Made by a program: the position numbers and the translations under genes. 64,000 bases of DNA from Epithemia pelagica (Eukaryota > Protista > Bacillariophyta): contig OX337230.1 of assembly GCA_946965045.2 (NCBI GenBank), forward strand, positions 2,666,001 to 2,730,000, read 5' to 3'. The notes beneath the pieces were generated by a model. It was not told the origin of the DNA, did not search any database, and saw only the letters and a program-made list of their open reading frames with translations. Each line of letters begins with the position of its first letter. The first letter of the stretch is position 1. Shown here one piece after another: positions 46,801 to 59,349 of the stretch.

Positions 46801-48129
46801 TTGCCGTACGGGAGGCTTGGGTTTTCAGGATTGAGTCAATGAAAACAACAACTGTACAAACCAAGTAGGAAAACAGTGACTGCACTTTTTGGATTGTTTG
46901 TCCAATACATGGAGCAGTGTTTCCACTGGTGGATCAACTCCATGTGGATCAGATCTCTTGGAATGGCAGGAGAATTGTTTGATTTCCCTAGCTTTCATGC
47001 CTCCCAAAACAAAGAACTTGATTTGGACAAGCTGCAGACCTCGGCAAACAGAGCCGCCTTCCAACGTCTGACAACCAACACGCCAACAGCAACGCTAACC
47101 CCACCGCGAATTGCCCGATGTCAACAAGAACTCTTTCCTCACGACGACAACCACCACCAGCAACAAGAACAGGCAGACAACGACAAACCAACCAACCACC
47201 GGAAGCAAACCAAATGCTCAAGCTCAAAGACAACCTCTTTGAGACGGCGTTCAGACAAATGAAGCCCGTGACGGCATCGGGCCCATTTGCAAATTGCACA
47301 GACGTTATTGTGTCCATGGCACTCCACCTGACTACACGAGCACCGGACTCAACGAGGCCTTAGTTTGGGACTCGTGGTGGAAGTATGCATGGACATGGAA
47401 AAGATCTGCGGGCTCAGGGTTGTCCTTCTTCGACGTATAAGAGTAAGGGTTGACTGGAGTGGGTGGGAGTGAGTCTGGTTGTCGCTGGGTTTGGGCAGTG
47501 GGCTGGTTCGGTGGATTTGTTGGTGGTGTTGTGTCGTTGGCTTTGTTCTCCGGTGGACGTTTTTTGGCCGTGAGGCGCTTGGAGCTGCTGCGGGGCATGG
47601 TTGAAGATGGTGATCAGATCTCCCTTTCTCAATATCAGGGCCACAATCCACCAGGAGCTCTGAGATTAGTACGACCACAACTGTAGTCATCAAGGGATCC
47701 TTGGTGGCATCAAGTAAGTCTGGACAACTAAGGAATAATTCTTTGAATCTTTGGTATAGGACTTCCCACCACAATGACCAGTGTCTTTCCAAAGTCGTTG
47801 CTGAAACGTTTTGGCTGCTGATCCAAGCCACCATGCAACATGTTCATGATGGCATCCCACAGAATGTCTGCACTCTTCACAATCCTTTTCATCTCCACAC
47901 ATTGATAATTTTCAATGTCTGTAGGAAATTGGCTGACTGTAGGAACCACTACTGTGATAGGAAGCCCAACATCTGGCATTTGATATCCTGGAGGTGAAGT
48001 CATATATTGATCATGGGGTACAGCAAGTGTCTGCACAATAGACATCATTGGTTGATGTTGTGACTGGCAAGCTACAAAGTGGCAAGACATGTGAATGAGT
48101 TGTGGTTGTTATAAAGGGTCATGGTTCAT

Positions 48130-48570
48130 CAACCCTTTTGGATGGACTGTCCTATTCCTTTCCATGAGTCAGAACAGACTTCAATCAGTAATGGTTTGCC
48201 ATATCAATACTTGCCTGAGATGCCTGGTTGTGTCTTGTTTTTATCTTTTTGGTGCTGGACTTGGACATATTTGTGGAATCTCTTGTTGCAGTGATGGTGC
48301 CACATCCGTCCAATGGATAAACCATACAATGTCTCAACAATCAATTATTCCAATAGATTGAAGAAAGGACAACCGTGGCAGAGACATGGAACTGACATCT
48401 CCCTCCAAGCAAAACACATCTCCCTCCAAGCAAAACACATTCCAGGCAAACAAAATGAAGTGTCAGACATTCTCTCATGTTTTTGGAATCTTAGTGATCA
48501 ACTACTAACCAATTAGATTCATGACAACTTCTCTTCTCAGATTCCAGAGAATTTTCACATCAAATACTTG
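48130..48570 (+). mobile_element. YR retroelement RNase H fragment containing a 21-bp duplication
   Basis: SLQAKHIPGKQNEVSDILSCFWNLSDQLLT*...SQIPENFHI; duplication at 48395/48416. Confidence 0.7.
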
Positions 48571-50299
48571 CTCAGCATAGTTTTATGCTGGATCTGCTCC
48601 ATCGTGCCTCAGTCTCCCAAATCTTCTTCGGAAAAACTGAGGGGTCGCACCAAAAATGCAACATGACTTTGCCTAGCTCTATATCAAACAGTCGATTACC
48701 ATACATAAATATTATAGTTCTCTAATGTTGCAAGTTTGGAAAAAATGTGGAACTTGTCCCTTGATCCGCCATCGACCAGTCTCGCTTGAAATCCCATCAA
48801 GAAAGCCTTATTCAACGCAAGAAGGTACCTACTGAATCAAAAATGACTTTGGGTGGGATTGTTCCTGGACCTGTTCGTCGCTCTAATCGTAATCTTTCAA
48901 AAAGGTGAGTATTCTTGGTTGTGCCATAAAGGTGATAAATATAGTAGATGGTTACGTTCGTCCATTTCATTCCATGATAGTGGGTAGCTGTTCCTTCAAG
49001 CTGACCTGAGCTTTACCTTGGTATGGTAATACTGGTTCATTCCTGGAGGCATTTTTGCCACTAGAGTTGTGCACAAACCTCCACACTTTTGGAAACACTC
49101 GAATGGTGTTTTGAAGCTGTCCGACACACCTTCTTGGAAATGTTCTGAATTATCGTAGACTTTAACGTTCTCAGTGTCGCAGCCCACCCAGTCATCACCT
49201 TCTGCAGACTCTTGGCAAAGGTTGAACTTAACTTCAAGGACTCCATCTTTTCTTTTAGCGACTGTGCTGATGACCCCTCCGATGTAGTAGTCACATTCTC
49301 TGTACGGTTATCTACTTTATCATCCAATGGATTATTGTGCCTCTTGTCACCATCATCCGACCAGGAGCTGTTGAATGAATCATCATCCCCATTCAAATTT
49401 TCTTCAGACAATTCCGAGGATGCACTAGTCATAGAATCAGACCGGGTACGTTGTTGAGTACAAGCTTTGGCTGGATGACATTTTTCCTCTCGAGAAGCAT
49501 CCTCCAGCAACGGTACAAGTCGTCGAGGCAAAACGGAATCGTTGGAGCTTGGGAGGGTCCGAAGCCAGGCACGGCATTGTGCACGCTGGGTAGAATTTGG
49601 TGGTTGCACATCTGGGGAAGCAGTTGTCTGGTCCTTTTGGTACAGAGAAGGAACTTGTCAGGGAAATCATACCGGCTTTCTGGTGCAATGTATCCTCTCT
49701 GGTCCTTTTGGTGCAAAGAAGGAACTTGTCAGGGAAATGATACCGGCTTGTGGTGCGATGTATCCTCTCTTTCGGACTTTGCTTATCTTTTTCTTCTCCA
49801 ACGCTCAGCTTTCGTCATCTGGATTTCGTCATTGCAGAATTCTGTATCTTGAGGGTGGTCCGATCCACATCGGTTTAACACCATCCCTCATTTCTATCCC
49901 TCATTTCTACATGCCAGACTCTAGCTGGCATTCTCCAGAAGAAGGGAGAAGAGCCACCGTCCCAGTCCCACCAAGAGGCAATTGCTACGTGTTGCAAAGC
50001 ACACAGCCCGGCCTCGATTGACGATCACTTGTCATGATCCTCCATCTTTTTCTGATACAGTCTCCACCAGATCCAAAAGTCATTTGAAATGGTTCGTTTC
50101 CAGTATCTCAAAGCTAACTTTCGGATTGAGTCCAACGCATGACTCCTCTCGCGGTTTCACTAACTGTTTGTGTTCTGTGTTGTCAAAGAAGAATTTGGGC
50201 TTGTCTGAGTATGGGATCAAGCAGACAGGGCAGATTGCTATCCAGAGGCACTATACACAACAGTGTTATCCATCCAGGCAAAAGGAGAATTAGTTTCTG

Positions 50300-50950
50300 G
50301 ACAATTTGGTTTTGCCCCCCAGATTGTACCCCGCCAAAAAAGGTACTCGGATGCTGCGCGGCCTGTTACTCGCACCTGCAGAATATAAAAACAAGAAAGG
50401 TGATTACACCCCACCACGCTATGCCATTGTTAATGGCCTATCAATCGGGACACCTCCTAAGTGTCTAACTGAACTGAATGAGGTAGAATTGGCCATGATA
50501 GCGCCTGCTAGGACAAACAAACATATTTTTCATCTACAGCTGGTAGCCATAAATCAATTATGGCATGGCATTCACTGTACTACAATGACCTTGAGGCCGT
50601 CCATGGTGTTGTTAATTGGTGGAGTGAGGCAACCATGTCACAACACCGGCATGAAGAAACTGGTGATAGTTTGGGTGATGGAGAAAACACAGAAAAGAAG
50701 TTGTACATCCCTACAATTGCGGTGGTACTGTGTTGCCCATTTACTCCGTCCCAGCACACAAAAGTGTACGAAAAAACTAAAGTGAGATGGGACAAAATTC
50801 AATATGCGCTGAGGTGGTTGAAAGAGAATAATTTGCTATATGCAGAATGTGACATCCCACCACGTGCAAAGGTAAAACCAATTGTTGTTGACAAAGATGA
50901 GGTTGATTCCGAATCTTCCTCTAATGTGGAGCTGGTTTTCGATATCAATG
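50300..50950 (+). mobile_element. Helitron-associated DUF6570 domain, frameshifted
   Basis: CAACYSHL / PRYAIVNGLSIGTPPKCLTELNEVELAMIAPAR / KVRWDKIQYALRWLKENNLLY. Confidence 0.8.
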
Positions 50951-51719
50951 CGGTTAAGAACAGGACCTCTTTGAAAAAGACAGTACGAACCACATCCTTC
51001 GTGAACATGTTGTACCACGACTGTTCCACGAAACAGCCCAGATGTTGTATATAAAACTTGTACTGACTTTCAAATTGTAAAAAATAATTGAACCAGTCAT
51101 TAGATTCATGTAGCGATCCCGGGACAGATGATAATTTGTAGTTTTCCGAAACAACATGATTGACAAAATAATTGTTTGGATGAATACAATTCGATGGTTT
51201 TGAGATAGGTGGAGTGAATAGAAAAATGCTTGTTTTGTCCTTTTGGAGGGAAACTACCGACTGGGCAAGGGACACATGGGTGAATCGGTAGAGTCAGCAT
51301 TGTCAGTATCCCATAGTGGATCGTATGATACTTCGGAGAGTATAAGATCTTAGTTGGGTCATTCCACTCTTAATGAGATTTTCTGTAATTCAGTACTTCA
51401 TTATTGTTACATGACTTAAATATGTTACCACAATTGTACTATCGACTTGTCCGACAAAATCGGCAATAGTGGATTCGTATAAACACACCAAGTTTGTCAA
51501 AGTATGGTAATGGGTCGTGTTCTATAAACAAGACACAAGCAGTATGTGATAATCGATTTACTGAGGGAACTTTTGTATGCTCACAAAAAATAGTTCAGCC
51601 ATGTCAACTCCTAACAAGAAGACATCGAGTGTTGTTGATTTATGTGGACACTCCACGCCTGTTGAAGAAAAAATGGAAGAAGGCACGGGTACTACTGCAA
51701 CTACAGCCAAAGAATCAAC

Positions 51720-51920
51720 CAACACGCACCACGACTTTGGAAACCTTGAAAGACCTTGACGTCCATTTCAACTCATGCGTGAAAATTCGTCTTCGCAACA
51801 TCAATCCAGAAGCAACTGACGCCGACTGGATGCAACTGACAGCACCGACCAACTTTGCGGCCCTGTACCCCGAATACAGCGACGTCGACCAGCGCCCCGA
51901 GTCCTACACGGTCTACCTAC
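51720..51920 (+). pseudogene. Unidentified gene fragment paralogous to 46620-46800
   Basis: Shared NSCVKIRLRxINxExT and FxALxPxY motifs. Confidence 0.7.
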
Positions 51921-52329
51921 TCCCTAGCCATCTACTCTTGTGTTTGATCGGAGCAAGAAAGAGGGCTTCTAGAATGAGGAGGACGAGGACACGGAACGAC
52001 GACGAACTGGAACATGCCAAGGACAAGCGTCAGTGGACAAGACCAAAGAACCATGCAGTAGTTTCGAAAGGATTTCCATGCTGTCAGACTACCACTACTT
52101 CTAACACCAGAATTGCACCAGTTGCTTAAATTCAACGGGATATGTCATCTTAGTTTTCTCCCAAGAAGTGCCATGTTCCTCACATGCCAATCTTAATAAA
52201 TTTTCTTCTGCTGCCGTCCAGAAAACCTTCTTCTTGCGCCTCCTGCAAAAGTTTTCGACCAATCCACAGTACCAGCTTCCTTTTCATTCATTCACCAGGT
52301 TTTATATGAATTGATTGAGCGTATGACCG

Positions 52330-52960
52330 TGTGCCATTTGCTATTTTTTGTCCACTTTTGCATTGTTATTCACAAGGACAGGTCCGTTGTAGAACAGCAG
52401 CATAGCGGGATCAAAGGGGCCCGAGAAACCTGATGGTTTGCAATGACCTTCTCCACAATGATGCCAGAAATAATGCCTTGACGCATTTGATGGAGAACGA
52501 TAGTGGCAGTTCCCTTCTTTAATTTTCAGAGAGCTTGACAAGACAAGGATGCAGCTTTCCTCGATATATCTTATGTCAGGTGCGGAGAGCAGGTGTTGAA
52601 AAAAGCCCAGTATTGATGTAGACTCGATCAATATTTTTGTAGCATGCATATCTGAGATCAGGAGGAAGAGTTAACTTGTTTTCATCAACCACTCTTGTGT
52701 TTAATAAATCAATATCTTTGTGAGTCCCCCATACAATATCATCAGAGAACCTGTGCATACCATTCAATTCTTACTAACAGTTGACACTCCCACGAGACTC
52801 GGGGATCTCTTCATCATATATTTTCATGTACCCATTAGCTGGTTGTTATTGACACATATCTCCACAGAAGATAATGTCGATACCACCATTCACTACCAAA
52901 GAAGTACTTCCTCTGGACCTTTCTCGACAACGAGATAGTTCATACAAACTACGGTGTCTC
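52330..52960 (-). mobile_element. PIF1-family (Helitron) helicase fragment, degraded
   Basis: GGIDIIFCGDMCQ*QP (motif III), LNGMHRFSDD, N..RVYINTGLF, CGEGHC...FDPAMLLFYNGPVLVNNN.V. Confidence 0.8.
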
Positions 52961-55118
52961 TATCGCAAATTTCTGCAAGAAAGCACAACAAACAAATGTC
53001 ATTGTTGTCGTTACGTAATGGGAGCACTACATCGGAACATTGGGAGCAACTGTTTGAGATACGACCACAATCCATGGGAGATGTTGTATTCCTCGTCACC
53101 ATTCGCAGCGGCAAAAAGAGACCAAACCGCTGATGTATTATGACGCACATTACCAACTGTACTGATCGTAAATTCTTGTAAATCCCTCAAATGACCGAGT
53201 GAATCATCGTAGATTCTTGCTTTTCTCATCCGTCCTATAGTAGTCCGGAACGATTTATCGTACATTCTTTGGTACGTAAAGATCATGTCGGTTGGGTGAC
53301 AAAACTTCCCAATCCAGAGAAGAGGAAGGCATGCGTTTTGGTTCAATTCACTGATGGCCAAAAAATTTCTGATTCTCCACAGAATCTATGAATTCCACAA
53401 GTTCCTTGGCAAAACAGGATTTACAAGTGTATTGGAAAAGCTGTGGCCACAGATGACCCAACACAGGAGGTGAAACATACCAGGGAGCTTTGCTCCTGGT
53501 ACAAGCATTTGGAACGCGTTTCCTTGTTGGAACTCCCGGTATGGAAATTTTGCTGTGTGACCGTGCAGCAGCAATCGGAGAAGCATAAAACAAACACAAC
53601 CACAACAACAAACAATAGTTCTCCTGATGTCTTGAGATCCTTGTTGGAATGGAAACTGTGGGAACACAGTGGCTGGAAGGTGTACAAAAAGCTACTCTTA
53701 TATGTAACAAAGTTGTGATTATCATGAATGCCAATTTCCTGGTGATGGTCAGTTGATTTGGTAAAGCGTCCTTCCTTTTGGAAGGTCAGGTAGCAGTTGA
53801 TTTGCTGTTGCAGGTGCTCTTCCATTATTGGCGTTTTTGGGTTTTGGCGCAACAGCACCATCGTAGATTTCTTGGGATGAGTTGGATTGATGGGTGCGAA
53901 TTACATTGTCTTCTTCAGGATGGACTGGATCTGCTGTGAAAGCAGAAGAGCGATTGAGGTGTGCCATTGTAAAATTGTTGTTAGGAATGGGAGTGCACGG
54001 TGAACTTCTGCCAGCCCATATTCCACTGTCATAGGTTTCAAGTTGTCATCCATTGTTCTAATGTTCAGTTCACTTCGAGTTCCTTACCTTGCTTCTTCCT
54101 CTTCCCACCTATATATGAACCGTGCCATAAATGCTTCTTCAAGAACTAAACGCCTAATCTCATTTCACTTAAAAACTAAACTACCCTGCTCACAGGTCCC
54201 TTTCCACGACTCCATTTCCTTCAATCACCAGTACGACTGAACCTCCCCAACACTACCCTCTACATCCCTTTACACCAGTGTCAAGCTGGAATCTGTCGAG
54301 GATAATGAGTAAAGGATCATACAAGTGTGGCAGACAAAATCTGTGTTCTATGACAAATCAGAAACAAACTGCTTGCATGAATAGTGACCTGTTTGTGACA
54401 ACAGAGGGTATTAGCATGGTGGATAGTCAGAAATGTTCTTCCCTTCTTCAGGAGTGCCGATGATACTGCTGAAGAACATCGCACACATTGGGTCATAGAA
54501 GAAGATATTGTTTCAGTACTATGAACAAAAACAAACTTGGGAGAAGATCATTGAGTTGGCACTTGTCAAGGGAAAGAGGCTGTCAGAATGCCACAAGCAC
54601 TTACATTTTATCAGGATGCAGCAGAACACAGTTTATCTGAGAAAATGAAAAGAACAAGAAATAGAACATTTCTTAATGAGAAGCTACGCCTTATGAAGCT
54701 TTCCGGCTGGTAAGTACCATTGTCTTCCCGTCTTTGAGTTGATGATAAGTGTCGCAACATATTATTTATCCTGTTGGTACCAACTACACACTTGCAAGAG
54801 AATCCCTGGACATTGATAACCCCACGGAGGATCAGTTATGAGGATGCCAAATGCACCCTCAAAGTGATGACGAAACACAGGTCACGCCCACATGACCCAA
54901 TTCTATTGCAAAACTACATAGCAATGACCGGATGCTACAGTACAAGCCAATCAAGGACTTTTACACCAAATTTGGAGCATTCCCGTCACTCTCGAGCAAA
55001 ACTGGGACTTACGCAGATTGATTGAGAACAATATAGTGTAAAAGGATTCTCCTCAGTTACTAAACGCACACTAGGAGATAATGGTTGCCCTATACAACGA
55101 TAGTACTAAGTACTAGTT

Positions 55119-55730
55119 CTAATAGTTATTACAGATACACTGCTCAAGGTTGTTCAGGGGGATAGAGTTGTCGTTCTTCCCAACGACTGCAGTCTTCATG
55201 TAAAATGAGGAGGCACAATAAACATCATCGTGGGTTACCCTTTTTGAAACACAATGATACACTTGTGGAATAAATATGATAAAGTCAAGATTTCTCATTG
55301 TTACTTTCTGCCCATGCTCTGGGAAAACAAAGTAGCATAGGATGTCTTCACCTGTCTTCTCGGGCTCTCTCACGAATGTCATGACAACCGAATAACCGAA
55401 GTCTTTGTCTGTATGGGCTGGTAGGAAAACATTCTTTCCGAATGCAATGGAAGAGAAAAAGGTTGATTCTTTGCCTTCAAAAGAGAGAGATTCGATTTTC
55501 TGGATTGCCTTCATCACGGAAAAACCAATTAAAAAGGAGGAGTCGACCCAATGACAGAAGTATTCTTCCACTTGTCGTACAAACCAAATAAGGGTTGCCT
55601 TTCCTCTCCAATGTGGAAGTTTCATTTTCGAATTGACAATGCCTTTTCTTCCACGGTTGGCATGTTTGCCAATTGCAATATAAAAAGAGTTGTGGGAACA
55701 TAGTTCTTTGCAAAAGAGTTTAGGTATTAG
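55119..55730 (-). CDS. TET/JBP-like 2OG-Fe(II) dioxygenase domain
   Basis: Open for about 200 codons; FSSIAFGKNVFLPAHTDKD (HTD 55415-55407), CYFVFPEHG.KV.MR..DFIIF, distal His in VYHCVS (55256-55254), SFYMKTAVVG. Confidence 0.78.
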   Translation of the reverse strand, partial: LIPKLFCKELCSHNSFYIAIGKHANRGRKGIVNSKMKLPHWRGKATLIWFVRQVEEYFCHWVDSSFLIGFSVMKAIQKIESLSFEGKESTFFSSIAFGKNVFLPAHTDKDFGYSVVMTFVREPEKTGEDILCYFVFPEHGQKVTMRNLDFIIFIPQVYHCVSKRVTHDDVYCASSFYMKTAVVGKNDNSIPLNNLEQCICNNY

Positions 55731-56312
55731 TTATCATTCCTGTGTGTCCCGACATCGAAGATGGTTGCTTCTTTTGAAGCATTCCGCGACAACTCCATTC
55801 AGGCTCTGGTCTTATGTTCATGTTGTTGTTCCAATTGTGATTTCTGGCTTCCAAGCATCTGTGATTGCTTGTTGAATCAATACATGGATTCTCTCAGGGA
55901 TATCTGGTGTATACCATGGAGGGTCGTATTCCGGGTATTGTTTCTTAGTCATGTCGACTGGGCCTCGGCATATCGACGGATTTATGGAACTGATAATGTG
56001 GTTGCCTCCTGCAGTTTTCCTGTCAAACCAAGAGATGTAAGCCATGATGTGTCCGTCCATTGATTTTATTGGATGTAGTTGGCTCCGTTGACATGCTTAT
56101 TTTCTGCAGAACCACAATATAGGTTTTTCAGTTCGAGCTGAAACCTTTCCGGGACACCAGATTTGTTGTGAATCGTAAATAGGTGAAACATTGCTGCCTG
56201 AATGTTGCTATTTGCTGACTTTGATATATATCCATCCTCAGTAGCACCAGTGTTGTTGTTATTGTGAACACACCTTCAATTCATTAAAATGGCTATATTC
56301 GTTGTAGTTATG

Positions 56313-56561
56313 ACATTATCGCCCATCATGGTGATAGAAGGCCAGGGGGATGCGGGACAAACTTACCTACAATCTAATTGTCCCATGTACAAACCAGCAT
56401 AATTTGGGGGAGTCGACATCTTTTTATTGCATTGAAGTTATTACATTATCGCCCATCATGGTGATAGAAGGCCAGGGGGATGCGGGACAAACTTACCTAC
56501 AATCTACTTGTCCCACGTACAAACCAGCATAATTTGGGGGAGTCGACATCTTTTTATTGCA
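56313..56561. repeat. 130-bp period direct repeat, each unit with a GGGACAA...TTGTCCC hairpin
   Basis: ACATTATCGCCCATCATGG starts at 56313 and 56443. Confidence 0.93.
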
Positions 56562-57059
56562 CACACCATAGAATGAGATATGCATGTTTCTAAAACATCA
56601 AGTGAATGTCAATTGACCTAGCCAACATGCAGTCATCTCAATATTGCCTTATGAATTTTTTCAATATTGCTTTTTTATGTCCCAATAGATTAATGATGGG
56701 AATTTCATTTTTTGATTCCCATTGGAAGCAAGGTATTGGTTTTAAATACCGACTGACTCACCGAAGTAGGAGGAAATTTTGTATTGCCGGGAATTTTGGT
56801 TTTAAATACTGTGTGGGGGTGGGCCAAAGTTCCCCAAAAACTTGGAGTGACATGAACATGTATAAGTAAACTTTGTGAAGCGTCTAATTCACTCTCCAGA
56901 AATGAATCATTAGGGAAGAAGTAAAAGCCCTCCTTCCGATGGAAAAGAGAAGCAGAAGAGAAAAGCTCTCCCTAGCTCTCGATGTTTTGCACACCACAGT
57001 CAACAAGTGGGTGAAGAGTGGACTTCTCAAGAGCCACAGGACCAAACAAGTTATCTCGT

Positions 57060-57485
57060 CTCATCATGGCTGTCAACAAATGGTATCACAAAACTAAACC
57101 TCAACAAATGGTATCACAAAACTAAACCTCAGGTTTGGGACCCGTGTCCCAAAGACAGTGCTGAAGGAAGCTCTTGAGTTGGACCAGGCCAATGGTAATA
57201 CTACCCTGTGGTGGGATGTCATAAAGAAAGAGATGGCTGCAGTCCGTACCACATTCATGATCCTTGACGATGGTGACAAGCCACCCCCCTACATCACAGT
57301 TCATTAAATGCCTTATGGTCTTTGATGTCAAGATGCAAAACTTTTGACGGAAGGCTCGACTGGTCGTGGGGGACACATGATGGAGGCACCTAGAACCCTC
57401 ACCTATGCAAGTGTTGTATCATGGGAGTCAGTGAGAATTGCACTCACAATTGCTGTATTGAATGATTTGGAAGTGAAGACTTCCA
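57060..57485 (+). mobile_element. pol: Copia RT N-terminal fragment, CpG-decayed, with a 28-bp duplication
   Basis: RLIMAVNKWYHK...KEALELDQANGN...KKEM...VFDVKMQNF*RKARLVVGGH...YASVVSWESVRIALTIAVLNDLEV. Confidence 0.9.
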
Positions 57486-57489
57486 ATCT

Positions 57490-57960
57490 GGCAGCAAGAC
57501 CAAACATGGCCATGGCTACTTCTGCAAATGCAATGCTAAGTCATTCATCAATGTCCACAAAGGATAGGAAAAGCACCACACAAATCCGCCAAATGGTTGA
57601 GGTTCCATTGTTTATCAAGACAGACTCCATGCACAACAATGATATACTCCGTAAAGTATCAAACATGGGCCAACATGTGATTTTCAGCAGTTTTCAGCAG
57701 AAACAATACACCATTCTTCATTACAATGCAAATGTATGGTATGTCCTCAGGAAATCCATCTCTCTCAAATCAGAGTTCCAGAAATATTCAATACATGGGT
57801 TGTCACCTCCATCCTTTAAGAAAGCCTGTTGCCTGAAGCTAAACTTGGATGGGGTCTTAACCTGTGATTGTGGATACAAAAAACGCAATGGGATTCCATG
57901 TCATCATTTGTTTGCTATAGAAGAAGAATGTGACCTATCTGACAAACACTTCCTTCTTCT
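57490..57960 (+). mobile_element. MULE-like transposase C-terminal fragment with SWIM zinc finger
   Basis: LTCDCGYKKRNGIPCHHLFAI fits the CxC...CxH SWIM motif. Confidence 0.7.
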
Positions 57961-58284
57961 GCCCTTCCATACAACTTGTCATCAACAGAGTGACAAGTTG
58001 AGTCTGATAGAGAAGTTCTATGCAACTGCATAAATTGCTTCAAATTGGTGTTCAATTTGTAATTATCATGTTCATCATCTTCCAGCAGATGTAACTTTGA
58101 CATCCCAGGACCACCATGATAGAGTGGAATGGAAAGATTGACTGAAATGGATTGTTGCATTAAGTACACTGTTGCATCCTCACAATCATTTGGAACTTGT
58201 CTCACACGATGAGGTTTGTTATCCCTCTTGTTGCTTGCACATGAGAACTTGTCTCACATGTTGAGGCTTGTTATCAGCTTAACC

Positions 58285-58525
58285 CTATTACACACTTTCA
58301 ATTGCCTTCCTCCATACCAAGGGGCACTCGGCAGAACAGGTTGCTCGACACACCGAGGAGATTCTTAACACAGTTGGATTTACACAATATGACTTGTTTG
58401 GATTTACCCAAGACGACTTGTTTGCTTCTGTGAATGATAATACCAACTCAGCTGTGTTGGCTGGTAAATATATCACCGGACAGAAGCGTGCCGGCAAGTG
58501 CAAAATGCAGAAAGCCGACATCTGG
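58285..58525 (+). mobile_element. hAT-like transposase core fragment
   Basis: IAFLHTKGHSAEQVA...ASVNDNTNSAVLAGKYITG...GKCKMQ resembles the GHxA...V-x-D...CxxH region. Confidence 0.6.
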
Positions 58526-58895
58526 CAGGTCGATCTTAGAGAAGGGAAAGATTGACCTCACGGGAAGAAGCAATATGATGAGAAGGGTTCTACAGTGGGG
58601 ACTCTCCTTCGACTAACACAGCCAGTACATGGCACAGGCAAGGTGTTTGTACTTGACTCCGGCCTTTCTGTGCTGCAGGCTTTTGTCGAGCTCAACTAAA
58701 AAGGGGTCTTTGCACATGCTCTCATAAAGAAGAGTCGGTACTGACTGAAGCACGCACCAGGTGATGACATCATTGTCCACTTCAAGAATGAGCCGATTGG
58801 GAAAAATGATGCAATCAAAGGAGTGCTTGATGAAGTCCCCTTCTATTTGTTTGGCATGAAAGAACCAGATTACACCATGCAAATCATGTCAAACA
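58525..58895 (+). mobile_element. piggyBac transposase core fragment with stops
   Basis: EGKD*P...GSTVGLSLRLTQPVHGTGKVFVLDSG...KGVFAHALIKKSRY*...KEPDYTMQIMS. Confidence 0.88.
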
Positions 58896-59129
58896 ACAGT
58901 GGCTATAGAGTTTAATTGCCGAATGTGTTCTTTTGAACCCAACCGCAACTGAGAGGGACAGTATGTTGTCTCATGGTGGCTTTGATTGTGCATGGAGTGT
59001 CTGCTCAACTGGCAGAACAGTGTTCAATGACAATATGAGCAGGTTTCTCAATGATCAATTAACTTTTCCACAGAAAGTTGCTGGTGTGAAATTAGTTCAA
59101 AATCAGCTGGATGGGTATAGGTTTTATAT

Positions 59130-59349
59130 ATCTCCATGGACTGCATCCATGAACTGCATTTCTAGATGTTTGCCACATCATTCTACACATCCACTTCATT
59201 GGGTTAAGTTGAACATGGGTGTTATAACCAAGAGCAAGGTATCTCCATGGACTGCATCCATGGACTGCATTTCTAGATGTTTGCCACATCATTCTACACA
59301 TCCACTTCATTGTGTTAAGTTGAACATGAGTGTTGTAAGCAAGAGCAAG
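59130..59349. repeat. 111-bp tandem duplication
   Basis: ATCTCCATGGACTGCATCC starts at 59130 and 59241. Confidence 0.93.

Noticed and set aside
50300-52960. A single intact Helitron
   Set aside because: DUF6570 and PIF1 remnants are on opposite strands, no HUH Rep motifs or 3' hairpin-CTRR end were found, and both parts are broken.
55818-56060. Minus-strand ORF (QYPEYDPPWYTP) as a gene, or plus-strand DWASAYRR as a real RT segment
   Set aside because: Only about 22 bp match the RT at 822-843 and the flanks fit neither reading; the strand cannot be decided.
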